64,000 bases of DNA from an uncultured Bifidobacteriaceae bacterium. Its GTDB lineage: Bacteria; Bacteroidota; Bacteroidia; UKL13-3. The notes under the pieces were generated by a model. The model worked only from the letters and a program-made list of their open reading frames with translations. It was not told where the DNA came from and made no database searches. Where the stretch lies: NCBI GenBank assembly GCA_964392775.1, contig CAYMRD010000010.1, positions 10,834 through 74,833 on the forward strand. The letters run 5' to 3'. Positions within the stretch are counted from its first letter, which is position 1; every line of letters begins with the position of its first letter. Positions 1 to 10,983 of this stretch are shown in pieces. The position numbers were made by a program, and so were the translations under genes.

Positions 1-798
1 TAAATCCCCATTTCGCTGGTACTGCCAAACCTGTTTTTAGTGGTTCGCAAAATTCTATAAACATGATGCCTGTCGCCTTCAAACTGAAGCACTGTATCAA
101 CCATGTGCTCCAACAATTTAGGACCGGCAAGCGTTCCATCTTTGGTGATATGCCCGATTAAAAACACCGGAGTTTCGGTTTCTTTGGCAAACCGGATTAA
201 ATCGGCAGCGGTTTCTTTTACCTGTGAAATACTGCCCGGAGTGGAGTCAATCAAATCACTTTGCAAAGTTTGAATCGAATCCACAATCACGATATCAGGT
301 TGAAGTTCTTGTAAAGCCTTCCCTATTTTTTGGGTACTTACTTCTGTATACAGATAACACTCATCATTTCGAAAAGGTAATCGCTCAGCCCTCATCTTAA
401 TCTGGGTTTCGCTCTCCTCCCCACTTATATACAATACCTTTTTGCCTGTGAACTGAAGCGCAATCTGTAACATAAGCGTAGATTTTCCGATTCCGGGTTC
501 TCCTCCAATCAAAATCACGCTGCCCGGAACAACTCCACCACCCAATACGCGTTTTAATTCCTGATCCTTAATCTCAATCCGCTCTTCTTTACTGCGTTCA
601 ACATCATTCAATAACAACGGGCGTATTACCTCCTGCCTCGCAGGTTGCTTCCACGTTTTTTTGTACTCTGCTTTCTCTTTCTGAATAACCTCTTCAATAT
701 ATGTATTCCACTCTCCGCAACTCGGACATTTACCAATCCATTTGCCGGATGAGGCCCCACAATTCTTGCAAAAAAAGCTTGTTGTAACCTTAGCCATA
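1..798 (-). CDS. radA: DNA repair protein RadA/Sms, 3'-truncated by the window edge (N-terminal ~266 aa present)
   Basis: Reverse-strand translation starts MAKVTTSFFCKNCGASSGKWIGKCPSC (C4 zinc finger), then the Walker A motif GGEPGIGKST, and ends near the window edge with the RadA-specific KNRFG motif. The ORF is open to position 1. Confidence 0.9.
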
Positions 799-825
799 AA
801 ACGAAGATAACCCGAATGAACGGAC

Positions 826-860
826 ATAAAAAAAGCCTCCCGATAAATCGGGAGGCTTTA
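826..860 (-). terminator. Rho-independent terminator hairpin downstream of the giant T9SS cargo gene
   Basis: aaaaaagcctcccgat-aaatcgggaggcttta: GC-rich inverted repeat flanked by A/T runs, immediately 3' of the ORF ending at 889. Confidence 0.6.
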
Positions 861-888
861 AGGTTTGTTACCGTTGTTTAATAGACTT

Positions 889-3800
889 TTACTGTTTGAT
901 CAGTTTTACAACCTGAGATTCGCCTCCAACTGAAATACGTAAGAAATACACTCCGGTTTCCAACGATTCACATGAAGACAATTCAACAGTATTCAATCCA
1001 TTTACCACTGCTGTGGCTTGTGAACGAACCACACGTCCTTGCAAATCAAGAATCTCTATCTGTGCCTGTCCGTTGATTTGTGATGCAAACTCTGTTCTGA
1101 ATTGCGATGTGAACGGATTAGGATATACAGAAGCTGAATTTGTAGCTCTGCTTTCTCTTGATACACGAACTACATCGCTGTATGTGTAAGCTCCATCGTT
1201 GTCCAATTGTTTCAATCTGTAATATGCAACAGCCGACTTCATGTTATAATCCATATAGCCGTATCTGCTTACTTTACCTGTTGTTCCATTGGCTTTTACA
1301 AATCCAATACGATCAAAGTTTCTGCCATCATAAGAACGTTCAACCACATATCCATTTGCGTTTTCTTCGGTTGCGGTTTGCCATTTCAGCTCAACATCCT
1401 CTCCACTCAATCTGCCTGCAAAACTCAACATACGAACAGGAAGCGGATTGTTGCTATTGTCTGTTCCGGTAAATACAGCCGGTAAAGTTGATGCACCCAA
1501 AGGTCCATTTGTACTCATCATACCGGTGATTCCATTTCCACTGCTTGAAGCTAACAGATCCCATGCGGTTGTGTTATAAGCGATACGAACATTGCCTGTT
1601 GCACTTACATCCCCAAACATTGCCGAATCATAACTCAGGCTCATCTGATAGGTGTATCCTGTTCCTCCACTAGGTGTTACTTCGTAGTAGCTATTGAAAC
1701 GGGAACGTCCGCTGATCAGTGATGGAGCATACTCACCTGTATAATATTTAACATCTACAGATGATGGAACACTACCACCAGCTCCCCAGGCTATCGAAGC
1801 AACTGTTCTGCCGGCAAACGTATAGTTTGTAGTTCCGTTATTTGCAGGTGCTGCGCTTGGCACTGCTGATGGTGGCACAGTTGCTGTTGTAAACTCTACT
1901 GCTCCAATATCTGTTGAGCCTCCTGTAATAGTTGTTGAACGGCTTGCACCGTTGAAGTCATTGGTTACAGAAGCCATTGGCAATCCTTTTCCATTTACAT
2001 ACCAGCATGCTGCATTAGCGGTGTTGATTCCTAAATCACCCGATGCTGCATTTGTAAACAACGAGCCTGAGCTTACATTGCCTGATACATCCATCCAGTT
2101 TGCATTAGGTCTTGAAGCATAGAAAGAATTTACATCTGCCGCATTGTAATAGTTACCTAAAGGCATTTCAATATAGCCCGATGCATCTGACCCCACCATC
2201 ATATTGTAATTGAATATGAATGGCGTAAGCTGACTGATATAAAGTGAGCCTATTGCAACATGCTTACCTGACCCGCCTGTACGGCCATTGTACAATACAT
2301 TGTTAAACATATTCGAAACTGTGGCCGAGTTGGCATTTCCTACAACCATAGCATAGGTATTATTGGATCCGGTTGCAGTTCCTCCGATTGCGATACTGTT
2401 ATTAGAGTAATTATGACTGGTAAATGACTGCGCTGTTGCATCCATGATACCATAGACAGAAGCCTCAGATGATGATGCTGTTGATAACGAAATCTGATTG
2501 TTACGAACAGTTTGACCAAATTGAGACGCAGCTCCTGTTGTAGTTCCGTTAATATACAATCCGTATATTTTACTTGCATCTGCACCGGCACCCTGTGCTT
2601 CTGTTTGAATATTGTATATTCTGTTACGCTCAATGGTACAGGTTCCTCCTCTAATGACAATTCCAAATGCAGAAGTTGCAGATCCCATTGTTTGTGTATT
2701 TACAATATTATGCACCGTATTGCCGCTAACTGTTACCGGAACAGTGGCCGCAGGCTGAACCCAAATACCTACCGGACTGGCTATATTTGCCATATACAGC
2801 GGTTGGGCTACCGGCACATAGTTACTTCTGATATCGTGTACGGTATTGTTGTTAAGGGTGAAGTTCATAGGTGAACCCAGGGCTCCTCCAATAACGTTGA
2901 TACCTATTGTTCTGATACCCGCTGTTCCGATACGGGCCATGTAGTTACTGATATTACCAACATCATTTCCGGTAACAGTAACTGTACCTCCAACAAGCAC
3001 AATACCTCCGGCATTTGTTTGGGCACCGCTTCCCTCTTTAATCGTATCATAAGGCATGGCTCCACCTCCAATGGTATTGTTCAATATATTTACCGTACCG
3101 GCTCCTACAAGAATTCCTGCAAATGAATTGTCTAAACCTGTAGGATTTGCATCAATATTAGAAATGATATTACCACTGATAGTGGTGGCATAATCGTTGC
3201 CAATTTGTGCAGGTGATGCGGCATAAGTAATACCGGTAAACTGAATAGAACCACCTGAGGCAGTATTTATTACCCTGTATGCAGCACCACTTCTGTCAGG
3301 AGCAGATCCTCCGATGCTGTTATTGGTTATCGTATGCCCCTGGCCCGATAAAATAGATATTGCCTGCGATGCACCACCTGTGTTGTTTCCTGCTTTTGCC
3401 GCTCCTGCAGAGGTTTGGTAGAATGAATTACCGGAAATTGTCCAGAAATCAGCACCCGCCATGTTTGCCGGAATATTTACACCCTGATAAATAAAATTGA
3501 AAACCTTATTATCCGAGATATTGTTGTGGCTGTTTAAGCGCGCATCTGAATAGAATGCGGTATTTGGAATACGATAAGAATCTGTTGCGAAAGCATCTTG
3601 ATTACCAAGCGTATCTCTCACTTCACAATTCATAACTGCATTGTAATCATTTCCGGTTCCTCCCGGTAATGGTGCCGAAAAATAAACAGTTGCACCTGGA
3701 TTAGCATTTGAGAATCCTTCAATATAGACGTAACGAATTGTATCGTGCTGAGCATCGTTTCCAAAGCGGAATGTTGCCCCATTAAGACCTTTGTTACGGA

Positions 3801-6800
3801 AACGCAAATACATCCCGGATCCGGCATAACGACCATCTATAAGAACATTGTCGGCACCATCAAAGTGAATAAGGCCGCTTATACCTGTGGCAGTTCCTGC
3901 TATTAGTCTTTCGGAAGCAGCATCCGGCACAATTGATACATTATAGTCACCCACCTGATTAAACTGTTTGAGGGTAATGGCACCTGTTTCTGTTGTCAGG
4001 TCGCCTGTAATTTTTAGTATAACGTTTCCGGTAAGGCCTGATTTATTGATGCTGTCAAAGGCTCCGTACTCATTTGTCAGAGAGTTGCATGCACATAAAT
4101 CGCATACCTCAATAACGCCCGACAAAGCTGGCAGTACAACATAGCTGAAAGGTGTTGGCTCTGTTGTTATGAAGTATACATCAGAAGCTTCCACACCAAA
4201 AGGACCTGAGCCTACATTCGATAAAGGAGTTGCCATATCTTGTGCAACAATATAATAAGAGATAGTATCTCCAACGGCTATCACTCCGCCATCAACATTA
4301 GACGCATCAATTGTAAAGTTCCAGTCTCCACTCAATCCTGTACCCGAAACTTTAGTCCCGTTTGATGGGAAATAGGCTATGGCCGAATTCTTTTTGTAAT
4401 AAATTTTTGGCGTAAAAGCTACTGTATCAACACCGGAAGGATCCGAAATAGAAGCGGTTACCGTTAAAACTCCGGTCACCGGATTATTCACAACAGGAGT
4501 AACATTAACTGTTGGAGGAATTAAATCATCCTCAATTGTAAAGTTTCCTTCATAAGCTCCGATATCAGGCGTTGCCGGGCGTGTTGTATTCAGATAATCA
4601 GTTGTGTAACCGGCTATTGGCATACCACCCGTTTCCAAAACAGTAGGCGAAACAGAATCAGGATATAAAAAGAACGGATCTGTAGGGTCGGTAGAGATGA
4701 ACAATACATCTTCTGTTACCGACTGACTTTCTCTTGGATACATCCGGGCTTTAAATTGAGTAAGCGTTGAATCCCTGTTTGTTCCGTCAAAATAAATCAG
4801 ATGCGTTGAGCTTGGAGTGCTTCCTGCCCACAAAAGGTTATTATTGGATTGTGCATCATGGGTAACCAATGACGGAGTTTTGCGGTGAAAGGCACTTGCT
4901 ACACCTGTTCCACTCGGAGTAATATTATTGATAACAATATTATTTGCAAGGGTTAACACTTGCGAAGCATCGCAATAAATACCGGCCGAGTTTAGATTGG
5001 CCACCGTTGTTCCTGATAACGATACCGTATTATAGTAAACATTTGCCGTATAAAAGGTAGATATTACAGAAGCTACTCCTCCTATTGCAATTCCCATAAC
5101 AGCAGGGTTTGCTGTTAATACAGCCGCAGTTGGTGCAAAAATATCGCTAACTATATTGTTGTAAATATTGAGTGGCGCATAATTGTGTATGGTAAATGAG
5201 CCAACAGATGCCGGTTGATTTGTTAAAATACCGGCTGCGTATCCGCCAGTTGTACCGGCATGTGTAATTCCCGATACTTTATTACGATAGATATTTATAT
5301 TCTGTCCATACGTAACCGCAATACCTAACATATTTGCAAAAGTGACAGAAGTAGGCTTGCCACACAGGCGTGTTACAGTATTGTCATACACATTAATTTC
5401 CAATGGATTAGGAGTACCTGTCGATTCTACATATATGCCCGAAATACCCGATGCAAGTGTCGTAAAGCTATCAATTGAATTGTTATAAATATTAATAATG
5501 CGATTGACTGAGGTTGATGCCACGATAATTCCATAACTTGGAGAGGACTGATTACCGCCATGAGAGAGGGTGTCAATAGTATTATTGTAAATATTAAGGT
5601 TATACGCATATCCTGCTGTAATCGCAGCAAAAGTACCGGTTGCCAGGTTTCCGCTGCTAACATTATGAATATAGTTATGGTGAATATTACGGGTTTGCGT
5701 TTCGGATGTTATCCTCACCGGATTACTGATTGTCACTGCACTAAACAACGCAAACAGTCCTGTTCCTCCATTTAAACGTGTTACATTGTAAATTGAATCG
5801 TAACCGATATCCTCGGTTGCGGCAGCACCTGCAATGCGGAAAATAACCGGAGTACCTCCTGCGCTATGCTGAAACGTAAAGTCTCTGGCCACATTTCCAA
5901 CAAAGCTAAGGGATGACGCTAAAGAGGCAGCTCCCCCGTTATTGAAGTCAATTCCAATAAAGGTTCCATTCGAAACACCGGTACCAAGTGTCGCCCATTT
6001 AACAGAGTTATAATTCAACACCGCATTTCCATGCGTATATTGAGTAGCAATATTTGTAAAAGAGATACTGGCCCCCTGTGCTGCCGTCAGATTAACGCTG
6101 TTATAGGATATCTCAGCGTTTGTAGGGTTAGCAATCCCGGTACTGTTGTACGAGTTGAGAATCCCTCCCATACCTGCAACACTTGCTGCAACTGCACCTC
6201 CTGCATAATTATCAATCTCATTAAAGCGTATTTTCACATTATGCTGATTCAGCACCTGAATACCGAACCCGGCTGCTGCTCCTGCAAAGTTTGTGACTGT
6301 GTTAGGCTGCAATGAGTCGCCAATCACATTTCCATTATCAAACAATGATACATCAGGTATTGTTTGGCTGGAATTGCTAAAACCTCTCATGTAAATACCT
6401 GTATTCAGGTCTGTCAGTGTATTTGACACAAAACGGTTGTTGTTATTTGCATCCTCAGCAGTAGCGAGTGGCAATAGTGCACTGTTATCATTAATGGTAT
6501 ACGCATCTGCGTAAATTCCTTTTGAGGCGGTATTGGTTCTTCTTAACGTTACCGTACAATTTTGAATGGTATTGTTTGAACAACCATCAAACGGAGCCTC
6601 GGCATTTAACTTCAACAATCCATACCCCCATTCCATTTGTGCTGTAGCATTATTCACGGTACTGGTATCTTCCAGGTCAATCCCGTCAATGGTCACATAA
6701 TCCGTTCCTGATAATGTAAAGATTCCATCAAATGCTCCACTTCCAAAAGAAGATTTTAGCACAGGATTGGGTCCCGGGCCTCCTGTCTTTACAAAAGAAA

Positions 6801-9800
6801 GCGTATTGGTTGCGTTAAGGGTTGCGTTTAATGTTTTGCTTCCAAGCCTGTACCCACCTTCCTGAGCATATTCGATATAGCCGGCAGTCAGCTGAACAGT
6901 TGTAGGACCGGATATTCCGGCAGCATTCAGCCTGTCAATAACACTTTGTAAAGTAGGATAGTCAAAAGTTCCGACAGTAATGGTTGAACTCAGAGGTTCA
7001 ACAACTAATACAGAACCTAAATTATTACCGGTAGGAGGCAGCGCACTGGAACTAACCGTTACGCCATTGACCAAAACTTCTAACGGATTACCGCCAACTG
7101 CAGTTGGAGCAATATCGTACACAACCCAAAAATGATTTACACCATTAATTAAATTTTGAGAGCCGTTGACATAAAATTGTCCATTGGGAGAGTTAACCGA
7201 AGAGCCGAACTGGGTAGTTGCATCAAACACCTGAGACGAAGCCGTATAATAAACCTTTGCACGCACAATATCCGAAACAAAACCTGTAAAACCTGTATTC
7301 AAATCAAACAGAGTGGCTGTTTTGCTTGCATCTGTTCCGGAAACATACACCTGAATATTTGCAATAATCTGGTTGGGGGCGCCTTTTAACGCCCCTGAGG
7401 TAGCGCTGATTACTAAATTAGAATCGTACGTCATGGCAATAGCTGATCCTTGCGACTCATACGCTCCAATATCGGGCTTAGTCCCGGAACCAGTGTAGCC
7501 CGGATAACCCTGACGTATTACACCTCTTACATCCGTTGCCAGCGAAGGTCCTTCACTGATAACCAAACCGGTGCTTTCAATGCTTGAAGCTGCCGATGAA
7601 TCTACCTGAAGGTAAAAGGGGTCGGTTGGCGATGCCGGCAGCATTGTAATATTTTGGGTTAATGAAAGCGCTTCACGGGGAGCTACTCTGTTTTTAAAGC
7701 TTACCCAGGTTGAATCCTTGTTTGTGCCATCATAGCAAAACAATCTTTGTGAAGATGGTGTTCCGTTATACCACAAGTTATTTCCGGAAGCTGTATTATA
7801 ATTAGCCACCGATCCTCCGCTCAACATCAGGCCACTTGAAACACCGGTTCCGGCTGCCTGATGAATGTCATTATAGAAAATATTATTATTCAGCTTCATT
7901 GTTCTGCTCACATGAGCATAAACTGTTGCGGTGTTGGTATTGGCACCCACTGTATCTGTTGCTTGTGTAAAGTAGATGGTATTGTGGCGCAGGGTGGCTG
8001 CTACCGGAGCATTGGCTGATGAATAGCCCAAATACACCCCTGCAATACTTGGTTGCAGTGTATTAGTAGATGCTGGAGCATCAAATGCACTGATCAAATT
8101 ATTATCAATATAAAGAGGACACGAATAAGTTGCTCCCTGGGCAGGGTTCAAAACATAAATACCATACACTGATGACGTACCCGAACCTCTTTGAGACAGA
8201 TTATATATTTTGTTGTTATGTACCTTGGTAAGATCGGCAGCAACCTTTTGCAATCCAATTCCATGAACCGCGAATGATCCGTTAGCACTTGACGTAAGAT
8301 TGAAAACCTGATTTTGGTAAATGGACAAATTAGATGAGTTAGTGCCCGTATTATCATGGTAAAAACCATAAATATTACGCTCCATCACTATGTTTGAAAC
8401 CGTGTTGTTGTATACATAAAAATTTATACCGTTATTAAAACCCGACTGAATTCCAAAAAATTCGAACCCTGTGCCTGTTGATGTTGATATAATACCATCA
8501 ACGGTATTATTGTAAATATTGGTTGTAGTAACTCCCCCAAATCTTATTGCTGCCGCTATGCCGCTTGAAGAATTGGAAAGCGTAACACCTTGTACCGTAT
8601 TCCCAAACACATTAGCCACTGCACCCGGATAACTCGGCAGCACAGGAGAATTCTGCATTAGAATTCCGACAAACGTATTACTTGCTCCTCCGGTTCTGGT
8701 GATATTGGAAATCGTATTGTTCCCTACATTGAGTGTAGTCTGAGCTATTGCCTGCAATTGAAAAATTGTTGTAGTACCTGAACCTGCAAAGGAAAAATCC
8801 TGTGCCTTATTTCCCTGGAAACTTAATACCGAACCGGGAACCGGACCTACTGTACCGCTTGACAGCACATTGATTCCAAGAGCGATACCGGGTGAGGTGG
8901 AGGGACCATTTGCAAACTTCACATCATTGTCATCCACCGTAAGATTTCCGGTATAGTTCCTGACATAAATCCCATAAGAGGAAGAGCTGGCCGATGGCAG
9001 CGTTATAATAACCGTATTATTTTTACATTCAGCATCCGGCTCTGCAAAGCCCGGATGGGTACCGTTACTACTACTCATATATATACCATACACGCCATTT
9101 CCTGGTACTGATGCACCATTCATAATATTGTTTATATAGTTACCGGAAACTTTAGGTCCATATTGATGAGACATCAATACGCCTGCCGAGGTTGTTGCCT
9201 CTGCGGATCCTCCCAGCCCCAAGCCATAAATAGAGTCATTCGTTACTTCATTTCCATAATCTCTGCGTGTATAGGGTGCAACATTATCATCCAACCCAAG
9301 TAAATAAATACCGGTAAAAGCATTCGTGATTACATTGTCCTGAAATTTGTTGTAGCTATGGCAATCGGCAAGCGTATAGCCATTCAATGAAACGAGTGTA
9401 GTAGCCGTAACTATATGATGCGCACTGTAAATTGCCCTTGATACCGGATTTAATCTCTCCAGTGTAATGGTAGCGTTTTTAATGGTATTGTACTGGCAGC
9501 CGTTGTAAGGCACTGTTGAAGCCCCATTAAGCAAAGCATAGCCAAACTCCATACGCAACAAATTTGTACTGTTAGCAGCCGTATCCTTCAGATCAATCCC
9601 GTCAATGGTTACGTAATCGCTTCCCAATAAGAAGAAAATACCATCCAGAGTAGTAGATGTACCACTATAAGCTGTAATAATGGGATTCTCTCCGGTTGTT
9701 GTTAAATCCTTTTGAATAACAATCGGATTGCCTGCCGTACCGCTTGCCGTTAACCGGATACCTCCTCCGGGAGCTACCTCGGCCCAGTCTGCTGCAACAT

Positions 9801-9975
9801 TAACGGTAACCCCTCCGGGAGTAACTCCGTACAGGTTTAATGAATCGACCGCAACCTTAATGGAAGGGTAGTCTGTTGAGGGTACTGTAATAGTACTTGG
9901 AAGCTGAGCATAGACACTTTGCGAAAGCGCCATACCCAGCATGCACATAAATAAAAGTAAGGGTTTTGTTCTCAT
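889..9975 (-). CDS. Giant (3028 aa) secreted right-handed parallel beta-helix repeat protein with a T9SS type-A C-terminal sorting domain; predicted surface adhesin or enzyme
   Basis: N-terminal signal peptide MRTKPLLLFMCMLGMALSQSVYA. Hundreds of N-/G-/T-rich beta-helix rungs. Three DIGAYE/DIGAVE motifs (choice-of-anchor-Q-like). The last ~80 aa (SVYPNPFTSQF...VYFLRISVGG) match the Por C-terminal secretion signal. There is a clear internal duplication of a ~1000-aa module: LPSTITVPSTDYPS.../YVTIDGIDLKDT... recurs as LSSTITVGTFDYPT.../YVTIDGIDLEDT.... Confidence 0.8.
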   Translation of the reverse strand: MRTKPLLLFMCMLGMALSQSVYAQLPSTITVPSTDYPSIKVAVDSLNLYGVTPGGVTVNVAADWAEVAPGGGIRLTASGTAGNPIVIQKDLTTTGENPIITAYSGTSTTLDGIFFLLGSDYVTIDGIDLKDTAANSTNLLRMEFGYALLNGASTVPYNGCQYNTIKNATITLERLNPVSRAIYSAHHIVTATTLVSLNGYTLADCHSYNKFQDNVITNAFTGIYLLGLDDNVAPYTRRDYGNEVTNDSIYGLGLGGSAEATTSAGVLMSHQYGPKVSGNYINNIMNGASVPGNGVYGIYMSSSNGTHPGFAEPDAECKNNTVIITLPSASSSSYGIYVRNYTGNLTVDDNDVKFANGPSTSPGIALGINVLSSGTVGPVPGSVLSFQGNKAQDFSFAGSGTTTIFQLQAIAQTTLNVGNNTISNITRTGGASNTFVGILMQNSPVLPSYPGAVANVFGNTVQGVTLSNSSSGIAAAIRFGGVTTTNIYNNTVDGIISTSTGTGFEFFGIQSGFNNGINFYVYNNTVSNIVMERNIYGFYHDNTGTNSSNLSIYQNQVFNLTSSANGSFAVHGIGLQKVAADLTKVHNNKIYNLSQRGSGTSSVYGIYVLNPAQGATYSCPLYIDNNLISAFDAPASTNTLQPSIAGVYLGYSSANAPVAATLRHNTIYFTQATDTVGANTNTATVYAHVSRTMKLNNNIFYNDIHQAAGTGVSSGLMLSGGSVANYNTASGNNLWYNGTPSSQRLFCYDGTNKDSTWVSFKNRVAPREALSLTQNITMLPASPTDPFYLQVDSSAASSIESTGLVISEGPSLATDVRGVIRQGYPGYTGSGTKPDIGAYESQGSAIAMTYDSNLVISATSGALKGAPNQIIANIQVYVSGTDASKTATLFDLNTGFTGFVSDIVRAKVYYTASSQVFDATTQFGSSVNSPNGQFYVNGSQNLINGVNHFWVVYDIAPTAVGGNPLEVLVNGVTVSSSALPPTGNNLGSVLVVEPLSSTITVGTFDYPTLQSVIDRLNAAGISGPTTVQLTAGYIEYAQEGGYRLGSKTLNATLNATNTLSFVKTGGPGPNPVLKSSFGSGAFDGIFTLSGTDYVTIDGIDLEDTSTVNNATAQMEWGYGLLKLNAEAPFDGCSNNTIQNCTVTLRRTNTASKGIYADAYTINDNSALLPLATAEDANNNNRFVSNTLTDLNTGIYMRGFSNSSQTIPDVSLFDNGNVIGDSLQPNTVTNFAGAAAGFGIQVLNQHNVKIRFNEIDNYAGGAVAASVAGMGGILNSYNSTGIANPTNAEISYNSVNLTAAQGASISFTNIATQYTHGNAVLNYNSVKWATLGTGVSNGTFIGIDFNNGGAASLASSLSFVGNVARDFTFQHSAGGTPVIFRIAGAAATEDIGYDSIYNVTRLNGGTGLFALFSAVTISNPVRITSETQTRNIHHNYIHNVSSGNLATGTFAAITAGYAYNLNIYNNTIDTLSHGGNQSSPSYGIIVASTSVNRIINIYNNSIDSFTTLASGISGIYVESTGTPNPLEINVYDNTVTRLCGKPTSVTFANMLGIAVTYGQNINIYRNKVSGITHAGTTGGYAAGILTNQPASVGSFTIHNYAPLNIYNNIVSDIFAPTAAVLTANPAVMGIAIGGVASVISTFYTANVYYNTVSLSGTTVANLNSAGIYCDASQVLTLANNIVINNITPSGTGVASAFHRKTPSLVTHDAQSNNNLLWAGSTPSSTHLIYFDGTNRDSTLTQFKARMYPRESQSVTEDVLFISTDPTDPFFLYPDSVSPTVLETGGMPIAGYTTDYLNTTRPATPDIGAYEGNFTIEDDLIPPTVNVTPVVNNPVTGVLTVTASISDPSGVDTVAFTPKIYYKKNSAIAYFPSNGTKVSGTGLSGDWNFTIDASNVDGGVIAVGDTISYYIVAQDMATPLSNVGSGPFGVEASDVYFITTEPTPFSYVVLPALSGVIEVCDLCACNSLTNEYGAFDSINKSGLTGNVILKITGDLTTETGAITLKQFNQVGDYNVSIVPDAASERLIAGTATGISGLIHFDGADNVLIDGRYAGSGMYLRFRNKGLNGATFRFGNDAQHDTIRYVYIEGFSNANPGATVYFSAPLPGGTGNDYNAVMNCEVRDTLGNQDAFATDSYRIPNTAFYSDARLNSHNNISDNKVFNFIYQGVNIPANMAGADFWTISGNSFYQTSAGAAKAGNNTGGASQAISILSGQGHTITNNSIGGSAPDRSGAAYRVINTASGGSIQFTGITYAASPAQIGNDYATTISGNIISNIDANPTGLDNSFAGILVGAGTVNILNNTIGGGAMPYDTIKEGSGAQTNAGGIVLVGGTVTVTGNDVGNISNYMARIGTAGIRTIGINVIGGALGSPMNFTLNNNTVHDIRSNYVPVAQPLYMANIASPVGIWVQPAATVPVTVSGNTVHNIVNTQTMGSATSAFGIVIRGGTCTIERNRIYNIQTEAQGAGADASKIYGLYINGTTTGAASQFGQTVRNNQISLSTASSSEASVYGIMDATAQSFTSHNYSNNSIAIGGTATGSNNTYAMVVGNANSATVSNMFNNVLYNGRTGGSGKHVAIGSLYISQLTPFIFNYNMMVGSDASGYIEMPLGNYYNAADVNSFYASRPNANWMDVSGNVSSGSLFTNAASGDLGINTANAACWYVNGKGLPMASVTNDFNGASRSTTITGGSTDIGAVEFTTATVPPSAVPSAAPANNGTTNYTFAGRTVASIAWGAGGSVPSSVDVKYYTGEYAPSLISGRSRFNSYYEVTPSGGTGYTYQMSLSYDSAMFGDVSATGNVRIAYNTTAWDLLASSSGNGITGMMSTNGPLGASTLPAVFTGTDNSNNPLPVRMLSFAGRLSGEDVELKWQTATEENANGYVVERSYDGRNFDRIGFVKANGTTGKVSRYGYMDYNMKSAVAYYRLKQLDNDGAYTYSDVVRVSRESRATNSASVYPNPFTSQFRTEFASQINGQAQIEILDLQGRVVRSQATAVVNGLNTVELSSCESLETGVYFLRISVGGESQVVKLIKQ

Positions 9976-9994
9976 GTTAATAAGGTTTAAAAGT

Positions 9995-10002
9995 CAAAGT
10001 TA
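9995..10002 (-). promoter_or_regulatory. Candidate Bacteroidota -7 promoter element (TAACTTTG) for the giant gene
   Basis: The reverse strand reads TAACTTTG (fits TAnnTTTG) about 19 nt upstream of the ATG at 9975. There is no good -33 TTG, so this is weak. Confidence 0.3.
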
Positions 10003-10340
10003 TTTTCCTGAACCTATTTATTTGTAGCGATTATTCTACATGTGCGTTTTTATGAAAAAAAAGTTCTGCTCTTTCATCATACACCCCAAAATTATTTCAT
10101 CAAATAATTTTATATGGCTTGGGAAGATGTCAACACACCTTCGCGCACGCGCCCGAACCAACACCACACACTTATCAATTAGAACTGTGCGCAGAACGTC
10201 CTTTAGGATTGGGGATTTTAAATGAGATTCGTATCATCAAAAACGTTCCGTATATAAAATCCCGCTATAATATCCGGTTCTCCTGATCCAATTGCATAAT
10301 TACCCGCCTATTCATTACCTTTACCCTTCAACATACCAAT

Positions 10341-10982
10341 ATGCATACACAACAACGGCTGATTCTTATAGCAGACGACCATGTAATTATTCGCAGGGGG
10401 CTCAAAATGCTTCTCGACAATCATTTTAAAAGAGAACGGCTGATAGAAGCAGATAATACAAAAAGTATCTTATCCATTCTGGAATCCAAACCTGTTACCC
10501 ACATGATTTTGGATATGCAACTTACCGATGCCAATATTTTAGAAATCCTTCCTCAGATAAAGGAGAAATATCCCCAGGTTCCTGTTCTTATCTTTACCAT
10601 GAGTTCGGAGGATATTTACGGGGCGCGTATGATTCAGATGGGAGCAGATGGATTTTTGAGCAAACAAAGTGATGAGTCGGAAGTTGTAAAAGCGATTGAC
10701 CTGTTTTTACAAGGCCGAAAATATATCAGTTCCCACCTTCAGGACATCATGAACAACCGGAAACAGCAAAAGGAGAATCCTATCTCATCGTTATCAGAAA
10801 GAGAGTTAAGCGTATTAAGCCGGTTGCTGAAAGGCGAATCTGTTAAAGAGATATCGTTTAATCTGGAACTTAAAGCCACTACAGTAGCTACCTATAAAGC
10901 CCGTATTTTTGAAAAGCTCAGCGTGAGCAATATTATTGAACTGCGCAATGTTACAGAATTATACGAGTTTCATATTTCATAA
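10341..10982 (+). CDS. Two-component response regulator, NarL/FixJ (LuxR-type HTH) family
   Basis: REC domain with ADDH acidic pocket, phospho-acceptor D in ILDMQLTD, and a conserved K. C-terminal LuxR HTH: LSERELSVLSRLLKGESVKEISFNLELKATTVATYKARIFEKL. Confidence 0.85.
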   Translation: MHTQQRLILIADDHVIIRRGLKMLLDNHFKRERLIEADNTKSILSILESKPVTHMILDMQLTDANILEILPQIKEKYPQVPVLIFTMSSEDIYGARMIQMGADGFLSKQSDESEVVKAIDLFLQGRKYISSHLQDIMNNRKQQKENPISSLSERELSVLSRLLKGESVKEISFNLELKATTVATYKARIFEKLSVSNIIELRNVTELYEFHIS

Positions 10983-10983
10983 A

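Noticed and set aside
1158-9000. About a dozen 60-120-aa ORFs on both strands inside 889-9975 (e.g. 1158-1472, 2512-2874, 6031-6315, 8148-8369).
   Set aside because: All lie inside or antisense to the continuous 3028-aa beta-helix gene and have Cys/His-rich low-complexity translations typical of frame artefacts in N/G/T-codon-rich DNA.
10936-10983. Upstream extension of the sensor kinase ORF overlapping the response regulator gene.
   Set aside because: ATG 10984 sits 1 nt after the regulator stop and is followed by a signal/TM sequence (MNRWPFLFLIISLCF), which makes it the better start.
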